Assembly: GCF_018977255.1 (NCBI RefSeq)
Contig: NW_024704761.1
Coordinates: forward strand, 1,860,001 to 1,924,000
Direction: 5' to 3'
From: Callorhinchus milii
Taxonomy: Eukaryota
Length of the DNA stretch: 64,000 nt
Position numbers and translations under genes: made by a program. The notes under the pieces were generated by a model. It was not told the origin of the DNA and did no database searches. It saw only the letters and a list, made by a program, of their open reading frames with translations. Positions 1-12,540 of this stretch are shown here, piece by piece. How positions within the stretch are numbered: the first letter of the stretch is position 1; every line of letters starts with the position of its first letter.

Positions 1-155
1 GGTGTATGTGCATGTATGTTTATATATATGTTTGTGAGCATATGTGTGTGCGTGTGTGTCTGTGTGTAAGTGTATACGTGTGTATATGTGTGTGTGTCTG
101 TACAATTGTATATAAACATGTGTCTGTCTGTGTGTGAGCATATGTGAGAGCGTGC
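1..155. repeat. Degenerate (GT/AT)n microsatellite
   Basis: Direct reading. Similar tracts at 830-890, 968-1021 (CAGA/CAGG), 4274-4390, 9525-9602, 11173-11203 and 61040-61310. Confidence 0.9.
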
Positions 156-1984
156 TTGCTTTTATGACCCGGGTGCTCCTGTGGATGTTCGAGGCTGTTA
201 CTCTCCCTATCAGAGCGTGTCTCATTTTAATTAGTCTACAGTTAATTAGAATGGAAGGATCCAATTAATTGACCGGCCAGGATTAATTCCTGGTGATCCC
301 GGGCTCTTTCTCAGAAGGCGATTTTCCATGTGAAAAGCGGTGCCTTTGGTGAGGGTGACTTCAGACCGGCTCACAGGCTGAGCGGTATTTCATCTCCCAA
401 AGTTCAAAAGCAGCATTGCTCAGCGGCCGTGATGAATGAGCAGTAGAGAGCCAGCCCCTGGCAGACTGTGCGGAGACTATTAAAACCTCTCTGTGGATGC
501 GGTGCTTATTGTTATCACGTTGGTTGTTAAAGTGGCCGGGACTTCAGACGTCGATCAAAGTACTCAGTAAATGACCGCGATGGTGAATTAGCCAAGGCTG
601 TAATGTTGGGCGCTCGGCTTGTTAAACCCGCCCGTGCCAACCAGCAATCTGGGACCTGAAATTCGCACCGCCTTACACTTAAGACCGTTCTAAACTAATC
701 GTATTAGTTTCAGCGCCTTATCGAGTCGTAAAGACATCTCAAAACGCTTTTCACGATTTTACTGTAAAGTGGAGTGATTGTATTCATATGCAAACTCAGC
801 AGCAAATTTGCACACAGCAATATCCCACATTGTGTATATATATATATATATGTGTGCGCGTGTATGTGTGTGTGTATGTGTGTCTGTGTGTTAAAGATCC
901 CATGGCGCTATTGGAAAAGAAAGAGTGTTTCTCTCTCCCAGTGTCCTGGGATTTTTAAATGTCCACCCAGACAGACAGACAGACAGACAGACAGGCAGGC
1001 AGGCAGGCAGACAGACAGACAGGACCTCAGTTTAACATCACATCTGAAGGATGGCACCTCCGACAATGCGGCAAATCCCAGCACAACATCAACATGAGTG
1101 TCAACATGTTACTGTCTGTAGGTTACAAGTCTCAAAGGTGCGCACCTTCTGATCCAGAGGAGAGAGTTCTACCAACTGAGCCAGACTGGCTTTTGACTTT
1201 TGAAGCAACCTTGTAATGTATTCAATATTTTACAAGCGAACGGTAGCCCAGAGTACTCAAAGGGTTAACCCCGGTCGTTGATAGCAAACATTGCAGGATG
1301 TCTAACCTCAGCTCATGTGTGTTCTCATCTAATGAGACCTGGAAACAAACCGAGATCAGAGCTGTACAGACAGGGCTCGTCTGGCTGTGTCTGACTGTGA
1401 GCGACACTCTCTTGTGTGATGTGAGGCTGGTGAGGGGCCACAGTCCGATCGGATTGCCATTAATCTTCCATTCAGGCTCTGCTTCTTGCACTTGCGTCAT
1501 TGGCTGGTTTGTATGCAGGCTGCGGAAGCCGGGCTCGGAGAGATTAAGAAGCGTGATTAGCTGTGAATGGATTCTGAGCCACAGACAGATTAGTCTCGCC
1601 TACAGGAATGTTAACAGTGCCACAGAGACAAGCGAATGAGCAAAACAGTGAGAGATAGAGAGGGGAGAGGGAGAGAGATGCTCAGTAAATCACGGCTATT
1701 GTTTCAGTGTTTATGGGCTGAGATAAATGTCACTCTTCATCAGGGGTCTGGCGGCCATGAGTCAAATCCACCATCATCTCACTCTCCATTTCACCGACCG
1801 CTTTTATAGCATCAGATCTCTCGTCCCTGCAGCAACGTGGCTCCAACCAACACATCCCAATCTACAACGCAACACACACACGTGTGTCTGTCGGTGGGAG
1901 CCAATAGTGTCCATCATTTCGTGTCCACATGTCAATGTAGCCTCAGACATGTGAAGGTGTGAGCAACGTTATGTCTACACGTCA

Positions 1985-2480
1985 ACCACAACAACAACAA
2001 AATTACATGTATTATAGTGCCTTTCACGTCAGGAGGACGCCCCAAGGCGCTGGACAGACAGAGTTACAAACACGAGTTGAGGGTCGGGGTGAGGGAGGGG
2101 GGAGGGCGAAGCAGGGAGATCGAAAGGACGGTCGCAAAGAAGGGTCTTGAGGGGGGTCTTGAAGGTGGCGAGGGAGGGGGCGAGACGGAGGGACTGCGGG
2201 ATGGAGTTCCAGAGGGTGGGGGCAGAGTGGTGGAAGGACCGCCCGCCGATAGTGGGGCGAGCGAGGCGGGGGACGTGAAGCAGGCTGGAGCCCGCTGAGC
2301 GGAGGGAGCGAACAGGGTAGTAGGGGGTTAGGAGGTCGGAGAGGTCGAGGGGAGCGAGACCACGGAGGGCTTTGAAGGTGAGGACCAGGATTTTGAACTG
2401 TATCCTCTGAGTGATGGGAAGCCAGTGGAGTTGGGCGAGGATGGGGGTGATAGGGTCACGGAACCTGGTGCGGGAGAGGA
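1985..2480 (-). mobile_element. L2-type LINE 3' fragment
   Basis: Minus strand encodes the L2 ORF2 C-terminus (GFPSLRGYSSKS..., APTLWNSIPQSLRLAPSLATFKTPLKTLL) followed by a (GTT)n tail. Related fragments at about 7250-7420, 9650-10050, 18140-18330, 23690-23915, 27095-27320, 28770-28935 and 56400-56600. Confidence 0.75.
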
Positions 2481-3224
2481 CATAGCACGTGGTCGTGACG
2501 CGCTCACACCTTCATATGGCATGACGCCACCTTCCAACCCGCATCTGGCGTGACGACTATCCTTTGGGTGAAAAAACTGCCTCCTGACTTCGCTCCTGAG
2601 TGGCCTGGCTCTAATTTCAAGATCACGCCCCACCCCCTCGCTCTGGAAAACAGAAAAGGCCGGGGCTCAACACCGGAGTGCGTGAAAGAGAACGAGAGGT
2701 TAACGGCTCAGGGACACAAGTCTTCTTCACAACATATTACTGACTCGTCATTTCTATCCGCCTCTCAGCTACTCAGGGTCAAAGTCAGGCAGTGTTTTCT
2801 GTTAAATTAACAGGAAGATAAATGGTTACATGGCCACTGTGGGACCAGGCGGGTCATTACCATCAGCGGGATCATTACTGAAGGTAAACTTGCTTTGAGG
2901 TTAATTTAAAGTCTGCTTTTAATGAGCACCTCGCGGCAGTGCCAACCAGCGTGCCAGGGGCGTGTACAGGAAGCGCTGATTGATTTCGGGACGTGCTCTG
3001 GCCTCTCGCCAGCTTGCAATCAATATGCTCTGTCTCCGTTTGCATCAATACACGATCATCATTAGGGACAAGCAGTCAGCCTGACCTCCCAGCACCACCC
3101 CAGGGGATGATTAGGATCGAACCTCAGTCCTCGCACACGTGCTTTGAGATCTTATCTTGCTTGAAATATGCTGCATATAAACTGTCTGTGCTGTACTTTG
3201 CACAGTTTCTCTATGAATCCGCTG

Positions 3225-3395
3225 TATCACCAGTGCTGGGGGTGTGCTGGGAGGTCAGACGTGTCGGCCTTCACGTGAGATGTTGAACTAAGGTCCCGTC
3301 TGCCTTTACAGGTGGACGTTAAAGATCCCGTTACACTATTGGAAAAGAGAAGCGAGTTTCTCTCTCCTGGTGTCCTGGCCAACAATCCCACCACC
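3225..3395 (+). mobile_element. Deu-domain SINE fragment (DeuSINE / SacSINE1-like)
   Basis: GAGATGTTGAACTAAGGTCCCGTCTGCC...CAGGTGGACGTTAAAGATCCCG...CTATTGGAAAAG core. Related copies at about 890-1190, 10080-10230, 12215-12350, 36115-36220 and 42610-42830. Confidence 0.7.
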
Positions 3396-3424
3396 AACCC
3401 ACCCTCCCCACCCCAAATATTGTT

Positions 3425-3820
3425 CTCGCCCCGCAGGCGAGAGACCTGGGTTCAATTCCCGACCGGGGCGAAACCTCAGGCAAGTTTCTTTACTCCGCAC
3501 GCCTCTGTTTGCCGAGCAGTAAGTAGGTTGTTAGTCGCTTTCCCGGGGTAATAATCCCTCCCCCAAAAATAGTCATAATTTGGTCACTCAATCCACGACT
3601 GTTTGTGGGACGCTGCTGAGCACAATTGGCTGCCGGGATTTGCCCACAAAATATACAGTCACTTCGCTTTACAGTATGTTCTGTGAAGCGCTTTGAGACG
3701 TCTCAAATTATTATTATAACTCCGATGATTCAAAACGAGCCAGACGTGAAGACGTGATAAGGCGCTGTATCAAATGCAAGGATTGTTATTATAATCATTA
3801 TTATAATCATTATTATTATA
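3425..3820 (+). mobile_element. tRNA-derived SINE, long form with internal segment
   Basis: GGGTTCAATTCCC B box, CAAGTTTCTTTACTCCGCAC body and family tail ending in (TAT)n. Confidence 0.8.
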
Positions 3821-5279
3821 ATTGCACGGTCTGGGTGTCTCCTCATACACAGTCCCAGACGGCAGGAGAGGGGTACCTGCACAGCTACAGGTGCTGGGAG
3901 TGTGTTGGAGAGTTGTGCTTTTCAGCTGCCGGAGACACCTGTTCAAAGCGAGTGGCGGAGAACAGAGAGACTGAGAGAGAAAGAGACTCTCACATCTCAT
4001 TCACTCTCTGTGGGCCAACAAGAAGGTAAACGGCAGCTTTAATCCCCAGTGTGTAGCTGCTCCTGAGCAGACTGCTGCTAATGGGTTTAGTCACAATGCT
4101 TATCCCCCTCCTGCATGTAGCAGCCTTTAACACCGAGAGCAGGAGGCCAGGCTCTCACTCGGTGTTAACTCACCCTCTCGGGGGGGATGAGATGATGCAC
4201 ATTAAAGTGAAGGTGTCTTTTATTGTGAAATTATTGACTGTGATTCCTGCCCTGGAACTCACTGGATTTGCCATGTGTGTGAGTGCGTGTGCAAGTGTGT
4301 GCGTGTGTGTGTGCGAGTGTGCGTGTGTCCGAGTGAGTGGGTGTGTGTGTGCGAGTGAGTGGGTGTGTGTGTGTGTGTGTGCGCGTGTGGTGACCAAGTC
4401 TCTGTCTCCAGAGCTGCAGAGAGACACACTGGGTTAGAATACTAAAGATGTGACTGACCTCTGACGTTACAGCTTGTCACACGGGGAAGAATGTCTTAAA
4501 GCACAGAAACCCTCACAATAATTGGAGCTCGGCCTCAATCTCCACCTCCGTCAAATGCTCCGAGAAGCATGAAGGGCGCAGTAGAAGTGCAAGTTGTTGT
4601 TGTTGTTTTTGATAGGGCTAAAGGGTTCAAGCCTACGCCGTTTCCTTATTAATCATCATAATAATCATATTAATAATAATCCTTGCCTTTGATGCAGCGC
4701 CTGATCACGTCTTCGAGACGTCTCAAAGCGCTTCACAGGACACACTGTAAAGTGGAGTCACTCTGGGTTTTGTGGGCGAAAATGATTAGGATCGAACAAC
4801 AAGAGCAATTTAATTACAGGACTGGAATCGCCTCCGGCCACTGTTTTGATGACGGGGCTAATAAAAACCTAGAGATGGACATCATCAGTAATGAGAAAAA
4901 GCGAGAGGTAAATTAACAGGGAAATGAAACACTAAAGTGGGTCAGGTAAGAGCTCGCACTGAGGTTATTAATTTTAATAGGACTTTCACTTGTGTGAACA
5001 AGCCATTGCTTTGCAGAGGACGGGGTTTGAGAGCAAACAAATGAGAGTAAAACGGGCTAACGAGCGAGCGAGCGAGCGCGAGCATCGCCGCGATTGTAAT
5101 GAACTGGGTCACGTCACAGCCAGGGCGGGAAGCGAACAGCACAGCAACGATTGCGAAGGGAACGGGATTAATATTTGAAAAGAATCGAACACAAAGGGTT
5201 ACGTTGAAGGGATTTAGAGCAGAGAGCACTGGGGAGCAGGCAGCGATGATCAGCTCAGGCTCCCACGAGGTACGAGTTA

Positions 5280-5512
5280 CATAAAGTTGATGTAGAGCGA
5301 TACGTCCCACACACACAGGCCAGTCATCCCAACTAGTCTGTGCCGGTGTTCATACCATTGTAGGGTTCAAGAGGGAAGTAGACAGGTATGTGAGGGAGAG
5401 AGGTTTGAAGGGGATAGGGCAAAGCAGTGGATTGAATGGACAGGTTTCTGTGAGAGCCGGGGCAGACTCGATGGGCCGAATGGCCTCCTCCTGAGCTGTG
5501 AATGTCTATGAT
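5280..5512 (-). mobile_element. CR1-type LINE 3' end fragment
   Basis: Reverse-strand CATAGA...CAGGAGGAGGCCATTCGGCCCATCGAGTCTG motif. Related pieces at about 6480-6580, 29660-29930, 57760-57845 and 61475-62010. Confidence 0.6.
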
Positions 5513-6061
5513 TCCAAGATGTTTCTCGCACCACATTTAACTCATTAGAAGCTTGCTCTCTTTAGCAGAGACTAGCCTGAGGATTGAAATGCTTTGATCC
5601 GACTGTGAGGCCTCTGGACCTCCCTGACTTCTCGATCCCTGTCTTCCTCGGTTACAGACTGCCATCTGTGACCATCTGCTTCGTCTTGTCCCACTGCCCA
5701 CTCTCCACGACTGACTGAAACACACAACACTGACCGTACACTTGGGTGGAGCTGCGGTCCAGCTGGTCTTTGCCTGGCTCTCGCTCCAGCCTTTGGGGAG
5801 CTCATTGACTCCTCTACCTTTTATCTAGTTGCCAAGCTTTGCCGAGCTGTTTCCTCTGCTTGTAGCGTCTCCCTGCTCCTCCGAGCTTTAATCAAACCAG
5901 TGCCCGAACATCAAATAGCGTGAGGCTAGCACTGACAGCCCGCGAGCAAAGGCGATGGAGCCCAACTGAATACCGCTGAGATCATGTTAATAATATTCCT
6001 TGTATTTGATACAGCGCCTTTCATGTCAGGAGGTTCTCGCCAACCTGCGCCTAATACTCTC

Positions 6062-6245
6062 CAGTATTAGGTAAGCAGGAGGCATCCCTCCAGAGAGAGA
6101 GAGAGAGAGAGAGCGCATTTCATCCCAACAATCTATCTCTGGGATTTCCATGTGTAGGTGGGATGTGTGGAATTCTCAGGTTGGATTGGAGACTCTTAAG
6201 TGCGGTGATGGGTTTCCGCACGTGTCAGACACCTGGCTGACCCCA
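6062..6245 (-). mobile_element. About 180-bp unclassified dispersed element (possibly Helitron-like)
   Basis: Copies at 6062-6245, 29268-29438, 40160-40300 and 54015-54145 share ...CCATTCCAACAATCTATCTCTGGGATTTCC...GGTGATGGGTTTCC...GTCAGACACC(C/T)GGCTGACC. Confidence 0.65.
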
Positions 6246-9200
6246 CCCCCCAAAAAATAACCCAGCACAGACTAGGGTTTAGTCTGTGACTTTCTGGTTG
6301 GAACAGAAGACTATTAAAGTAGATCAGTTAATCATCAAAGGAGAAAGCTAGAGATCGAGAGATTGTTTTTTTGTTAACACACGGCTGTTAGGACTTGGCA
6401 CCACTGTGTGTTTTGCAAGGAAATGCAAACTAGATAAATATCTGAAAAGGAGAAGTATGAGTGTGTGTGTATGGGAGGAGGGGGGCGAGGGGGAGGTGGG
6501 TGTGGGGAAGAGATTGGGACTAAATGGAGGCCTAGTATGGGCATGATAAGCCGAATGGCCCCTTCTTTGTGCTGTAGATTTGTCTGGTTCTGTAAACCAG
6601 CGCTGGTTTATCCAGCAGACACACGGAGACATGGAGCAGTGATGGTCCCTGACTTCGCATCGTTTGTTCAATGAGTGACATTGGACCCTGAGCTCCTGCT
6701 CCTCTTGCCCAGCACCAGCCAGTTGTCACCTTATAACCCACAGGCTTCACAGCTGACATGTTCCCAGCAGTGCTGCCTGTGTCTCTCTGCCTGACTGACT
6801 GACGGCCGCTATCGCTTCTAATGAGGCAAAGCAATGATCTGATCTGCTCTCCTCTGAGAAAGATCAGCCGATGGTGCCAGGAAGTCGCCCCTAATCGCTG
6901 ACAGGCCGGGAGATCGCCAGGCAGCTTTGACATTGTTCTTAATAAGGAACTTGTGCTCAGCAAGGTGTGGGATTTAGTACCCTCAGCCTCCAGCCTACCT
7001 CCCACTAGCAATTCACTTTGCAGTGTGTCCTGTGAAGCGCGTGGAGAAGTCTTGAAGACGTGATAAGGCGCTGTATGAAATGCCAGGATTATTATTATCA
7101 ATAGTAGTATTATTAGTATAATCCCACCTCAAAACTCTCTCATCCCATCTCTCTTACATGTGTGGGACGTTGCTGGGAGTAAATTAGTAGCCGGATTTGC
7201 CTGTAAATAATCCCCCATGCCCTCGCTTCACTTAAGTGAAAGGAGGAGTGAAGTAGGAGATGATGGGAGAGATAAGGAGGCGGCAGGGAGTAGATGGATT
7301 TGTGGGTGAGGACGAGGAGCTTGAAATCGATCTGCGGATAGACAGGGTGATAATGGAGCCTGGCGCGGATCAGGGTGTTGGGTGCGCGGAGCTTGGTTTG
7401 GGATGAGGCTGCGGGGATGAGGGTTCCCCCAGCCCCCAACCCCCCAGTCACTGCTCCCTTGTCCCTGCCTGGAAATGTTGTAAGATATTTCTGAGTGTTG
7501 GGAGTTATGGAAACGCAGGCTGTTATTTGGATGTTGTTTGTGGTGGAGAGAGGGAGCGTTTCAGACCGGGATGTTTTGGTGGAGAAGCGGGAGGTGGTCC
7601 CTTATCAAACGTCTGACAGAAGCGACGGAATGAATAATTGAACAATTGTTTTCACAGCTAGAGGCGAGATCATCAATTATACAGGAGACACGGCTCCAGT
7701 CACAGAGGTGTGGCTTTTTGAAGAGGTGTGTGTAAGGGAATCTCAGCCTTGATCTCTCCTGTTATTACTGTTATTTCTCCATGTTTCTCTCCACTCCACC
7801 ATCAGCGGCCGTGCTTTCAGCCACTACCCCCCGAACCTCTGGAACTCTAACCTCTCTCTGTCCCTCCACTTTCACTTTACACACAGCAGTGTCCCACCAA
7901 CAGCCATGAAGTGGGTGAGTGACAATTGGGATTGTTGCCCAGGACACTGGGAGAGAGAAACTCCAATAATCCAGGACCGCTCACTCTCCTGTTCCCCTAT
8001 CCCAGCACTAAGCTGTTTGTGAAATGAGTCCAGCATCCTGGCCTCAAGCACCCTTCCTGGTAATCTGCACTGGGGCACTATCCTGTGCGAAGGGTGCTAT
8101 ATTGATGTAAGTTGTTGTTGCAGCTATTAATTAGTCTGTGTGTGGAAAAAAACTTCCTGGTGTCTGCCCTTCCCACCATGAGTGAGTGAGTGTGCAAACG
8201 AGCGAGCAAGTGAAGATCCCTGGAATCGGATGTTTTATTTATTTGCAAGCAATCGTGTCAGTCATGCTGTTAGGGAAGGCCACAGCTGTCTCAGTGCTTC
8301 GAGCAATAACCAAATAATAGCCATTTCTCCATCAACGAAAGCGGGAAATCATTGACAGTGAGCTCAATCCAGCCCGACAGCCACCCGGAGACTTCATACC
8401 AAATGAGAAACATTTCCAGTAGCAACAACAAGTTTTTATACCGCTCCCCCTCACGTAGGGCAGTGTCACAGAGCGCTTGGTGGTGGCGGAGCACGGCCTC
8501 GAGCTTGTGATGGCCTTGGGGAGTTTGGGATGCAAACAGAAATAATCATATTTTTACAATGTCTCAGTGATCAGCGTCTGAGCAACAGACACTGAGAGAC
8601 AGTCACAGTCGGCTTCACGCAAACAGTGAACTAAACGGGAAGTGTGAGAACCATCAAACACCGCTACTTTCCCCCCCTCATCTCCCCCCTCCCCAACCCC
8701 CGGTGAAGCCTGGAAACATCTCATGTTCTAATTGAGAGATGCGGGAAGTGACAATTGTATCACAACGGCTCAGAGCCCTGGGGTTATGAGATTGGTGTTT
8801 GAGCAGCTGGACAGCGCAGAGCTGTACTGTGTAACAGCCAGTCTGTGTGGAGAGTGGGTTTCATGTGATGGCAGAGGCTGTGGAGAGAGGAATTGGCTCG
8901 ATCGAAGCTGACATGCATCCACCATCCACTTTGAACTTGCGAGCAGCGAGACAGCTTTTCTGCCTTTGGCTCCCTCCCATCAACCAACCATCCTGTGGTT
9001 TTCATTGGGAATGTGGCATAGATAAAAAAAGAATCAGTCACTCAATCTACGACGTGTTTGTGGGACGCTGCTGTGTGCAACTGGCTGCCCTGTTGCGCTA
9101 CATCAAATGCAAGGATTATTATTATTATTATTATTCATTCCATCAAGCTCCCAGACTCGGGAATATGTAACTGGAACACTGAGGTCAGCTGAGAGTGCTT

Positions 9201-11170
9201 ATAGTCACCTCCAGTTTGTTCACCTTTGGTCCTATTTGTCTCCCCTTCTCCACCTCCCACCCCTCACCCCCTTAGTCCTGTTGCAGTCTTGTCAATGGTT
9301 CCCAGCCACGGAGTTCTGTCTCGCTTGCCCGCCCTCCCTCCCTCCTGTCCACCCTCCCGTCCTCCCTCCCTCCCATCCTCCCATGGCTGAAATCCCCAAG
9401 TTACCAGAGCAACAACAAAATCACCGCACAGCCGCACTCTGCTCCCAATCCAATCAGCACGGGATTGCAGGATATACCAGACCTCACAGTCCATCAACCA
9501 CACTGTAAACAGCAACAAAAAGCAGAGACACACACACACAGACAAACACACAGACAGAGACACACACACACAGACAAATACACAGACAGAGACACACACA
9601 CAGCGACACTCTGACTCTGTGAGCCTTGCGAGTGCATCCTCATCCTCCTCACTTAGAAATCCCTTCACATTCTAGCACCAGCCTCTCTCCCCTATCCCAT
9701 TGCTCTCTCTGCCCATCCTCTCCGCTCAGCTAACACAGGTCACATTCACTCTGATCCTTCAGCCACTTCACCTCAATCCCTCTGCCTCGCTCCCTCTCTA
9801 TCTTTAAGTCCCACCTGAAGACCTGACCACAATAACTTGTATTTACACAGCGCCTGTCATGCAGGGCAGCATCTCAAAGCGCTTAACAGTGCTGGAGCCC
9901 GAAGACCAGCCGATGGGGGAGGGAGGAGGTGACTGTAAGCACGGTCAAAGAGGATGGTCTTTAGCCATGATCCAAAAGTGGGGAAGGCAGGGGCAAGGAG
10001 GAAGGATTGAGGGAGGGAGAACCAAAGCCAGTTTGCCCACACTCTCTGAAACTCCATCCCAGAGTCCCTTCACCTGAACAGGTCTCGGCTTAATGTGTCC
10101 TCCAAAGGACAGCACCTCTGTCAATGCAGCTTTCCCCCAGCGCTGCCCTGGAGCATCAGCCTAGACTGTGAGCTCAAAGTCCTGACACGGGGGCTGATTC
10201 AGAAGGGAGAGTGTTACCGACTGAGCCAGGATGGCGGCTAATCCCTACAGTCGTTACAGGAGAAATTCCCCCCTCGTCCAGCTCACAGAGGGGAAAGGCA
10301 GTGAGCCTGTGAGCAAGGCTGAGCACTGAGAGCTGTACATTATGAACCATTTTCTCCCCCCATGGCCGTGCTGCTGTGCTATCTGTTAGGAACAGATATC
10401 AGGCTTTTGCAAGGTGAGGGCTTGAAACTGTATGGAGCCATCTTCCGTTTATCAAGAGCTCAAGTTTAATATCTCTGGGAGAATTAGCACAGACAGGTCA
10501 ACGCATGAAGCTGTCATTTCTGAATGAAGCCGCTGTAATCTCCACTCGCACAGGCAGTTTACAGGCTCTTCCCCCGGTCACAGCCTGGCTTGCCGTCAAT
10601 CCCGACGATTTGTTCCATTTTCACACGTGAAGACGTGGAAAATGTCACTTAGCAAATAGTAACAACAACGCCAACGTGCATTTATATCGCGCTCTTCACT
10701 CCAGGCGGTGTCTCGCAGCCCTTAATAATCACAGTAATCCTAGCATTTGATAGATACAGCGCCTTATCGCGTCTTCGATACGTCTCAAAGCGCTTCACAG
10801 GATATAGTGTAGTGTGTGGGCCAAACGCTGATGATTATGCGTTCAGTTATCGTTACCACAGCACTGGGAAAAGCTTGATCTAACAGTGGCTGCAAAGCGT
10901 TCATCGTTTCTATTCCCCAGTACCGAGTAAGGTCCTTGATGTTGTGCGGGTGGGAGGAAGGGAGATGAGATGGAAAGCAGTACAGACTCCGAAGAGCTCA
11001 GGCTGGTTTGTGCTTTGAAACGTTAATTATCATCATTATTTACCCACCAACATGATTGTATTTTGAGCTGAGCAGAAGTTGCCAGATATCCACTATCAAA
11101 GGGAACCGAGGAGAGTGTCAACATTGCCTTTGATTCTGTGCCAGAATTATCTCTCTCGCTCTCTGTCTCT

Positions 11171-11205
<35 letters not shown>

Positions 11206-12159
11206 GTCAGTTTGTCAGGCCGCAGCTCAGGCAATGGGAATCACAACACAATTAATCAATAGGTCACTGATTACTTTGAAGTAAACTGATAAGAGTCTCT
11301 GACACTTAATATAATATTTAAAAATATAATAACCGCCGATAATTTGGGCAGAATTCCCGGCTCCAATCTGATTGTGAAGGGCGCTATATATATTATATAT
11401 ATAAAGTTGTTATTGTCGTTGTTGGGTGTGTGTATGGTGTTGCTTGTGTATGTTGCTGCCGTGTTCACCTGCAAAACACACAGTCACCACACTTCACGTA
11501 AATCCTTTGAGATGTCCTCCCGATGTGAATTGCGCTATACCCGATGTAAGAGTTATTATGGTATACAATCCTTCACAGTGTATTCTGTGAAGAGCTTGGA
11601 GATGTCTCGAAGACGTGTTAATGTGCTATATCGAATGCAAGTATTATTTTCAATCCCATTTAGTATCTTGTACACCTCTCTAACATCCCCTCCGAAATGT
11701 CTTGTCTCAAATCAGGAGAGCCCGAGTTTGTCTAATCATTGCTCAGGTGCTTTGTGACTTCCCAAACGTGTGATGGACAGGTGACTTTTACCATCAATCA
11801 GTGGCCTCAGTTCAATAGCCTTGTCTTGACCCAAACTGTGTCAACATGATGTAAGTGAGGTCCCAGAGGATTACTCTCCTGATAATGAAATGCTCCAGGC
11901 AACGAGGCAGCTCTCCTCTCTCCATCTCTGATCTCCTGTTCGCTTTTAATGTGTCTGCTCAGCAATACCAATCCCTTTAATCTCAAGCGCAGTGATTTGC
12001 TTTGCCTCTGTCAAGGGCGTGCGGGAGGGGGTGTAGGGGGATGTTGGGGGCGGGGGGAGAAGCATTCAGAAGGGCTACCATCACATCTGAATTGCGTGAG
12101 CGAATGTAAAGAGGCTTCTTCGGCAAACTCCAAAGGTTGCGATTCACAGCGGGACTTTG

Positions 12160-12540
12160 AGCTCAATGCTCACAGTCTACTAACACTCCAATGCGGTGCT
12201 GGGGGGGGGGGGGGGGGTTGCATTGTCGGAGGTGCCATCCATCGGATGAGACGTTAAACCGATGTCCCATCTGCCTGTCCAGGTGGACATTAAAGATCCC
12301 GCAGCGCTATTCGAAAAGGGAAGGGATTTTTTCTCTCCGCTGTCCGGGCCCACAATCCCCCCAATAAAATTGGTCACTCACTCCATGGCTGTTTGTGGGA
12401 CGTGACTGTGTGCAAACTGACTCGCCCACAAAACACACAGTCACTGCGCATTACCGTATGTCCTGTGAAGCGCATTGATACATCACAACGGCGTGATACG
12501 GTGCTGTATCAAATGCGGATCCAAAAGGATTATTATTATT
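12160..12540 (+). mobile_element. Deu-domain SINE joined to the common SINE tail
   Basis: GGATGAGACGTTAAACCGATGTCCCATCTGCCTGTCCAGGTGGACATTAAAGATCCC followed by the family tail and (TAT)n. Confidence 0.7.

Noticed and set aside
5572-5805. Hydrophilic minus-strand ORF with an acceptor-like site
   Set aside because: No upstream partner exons or recognisable homology.
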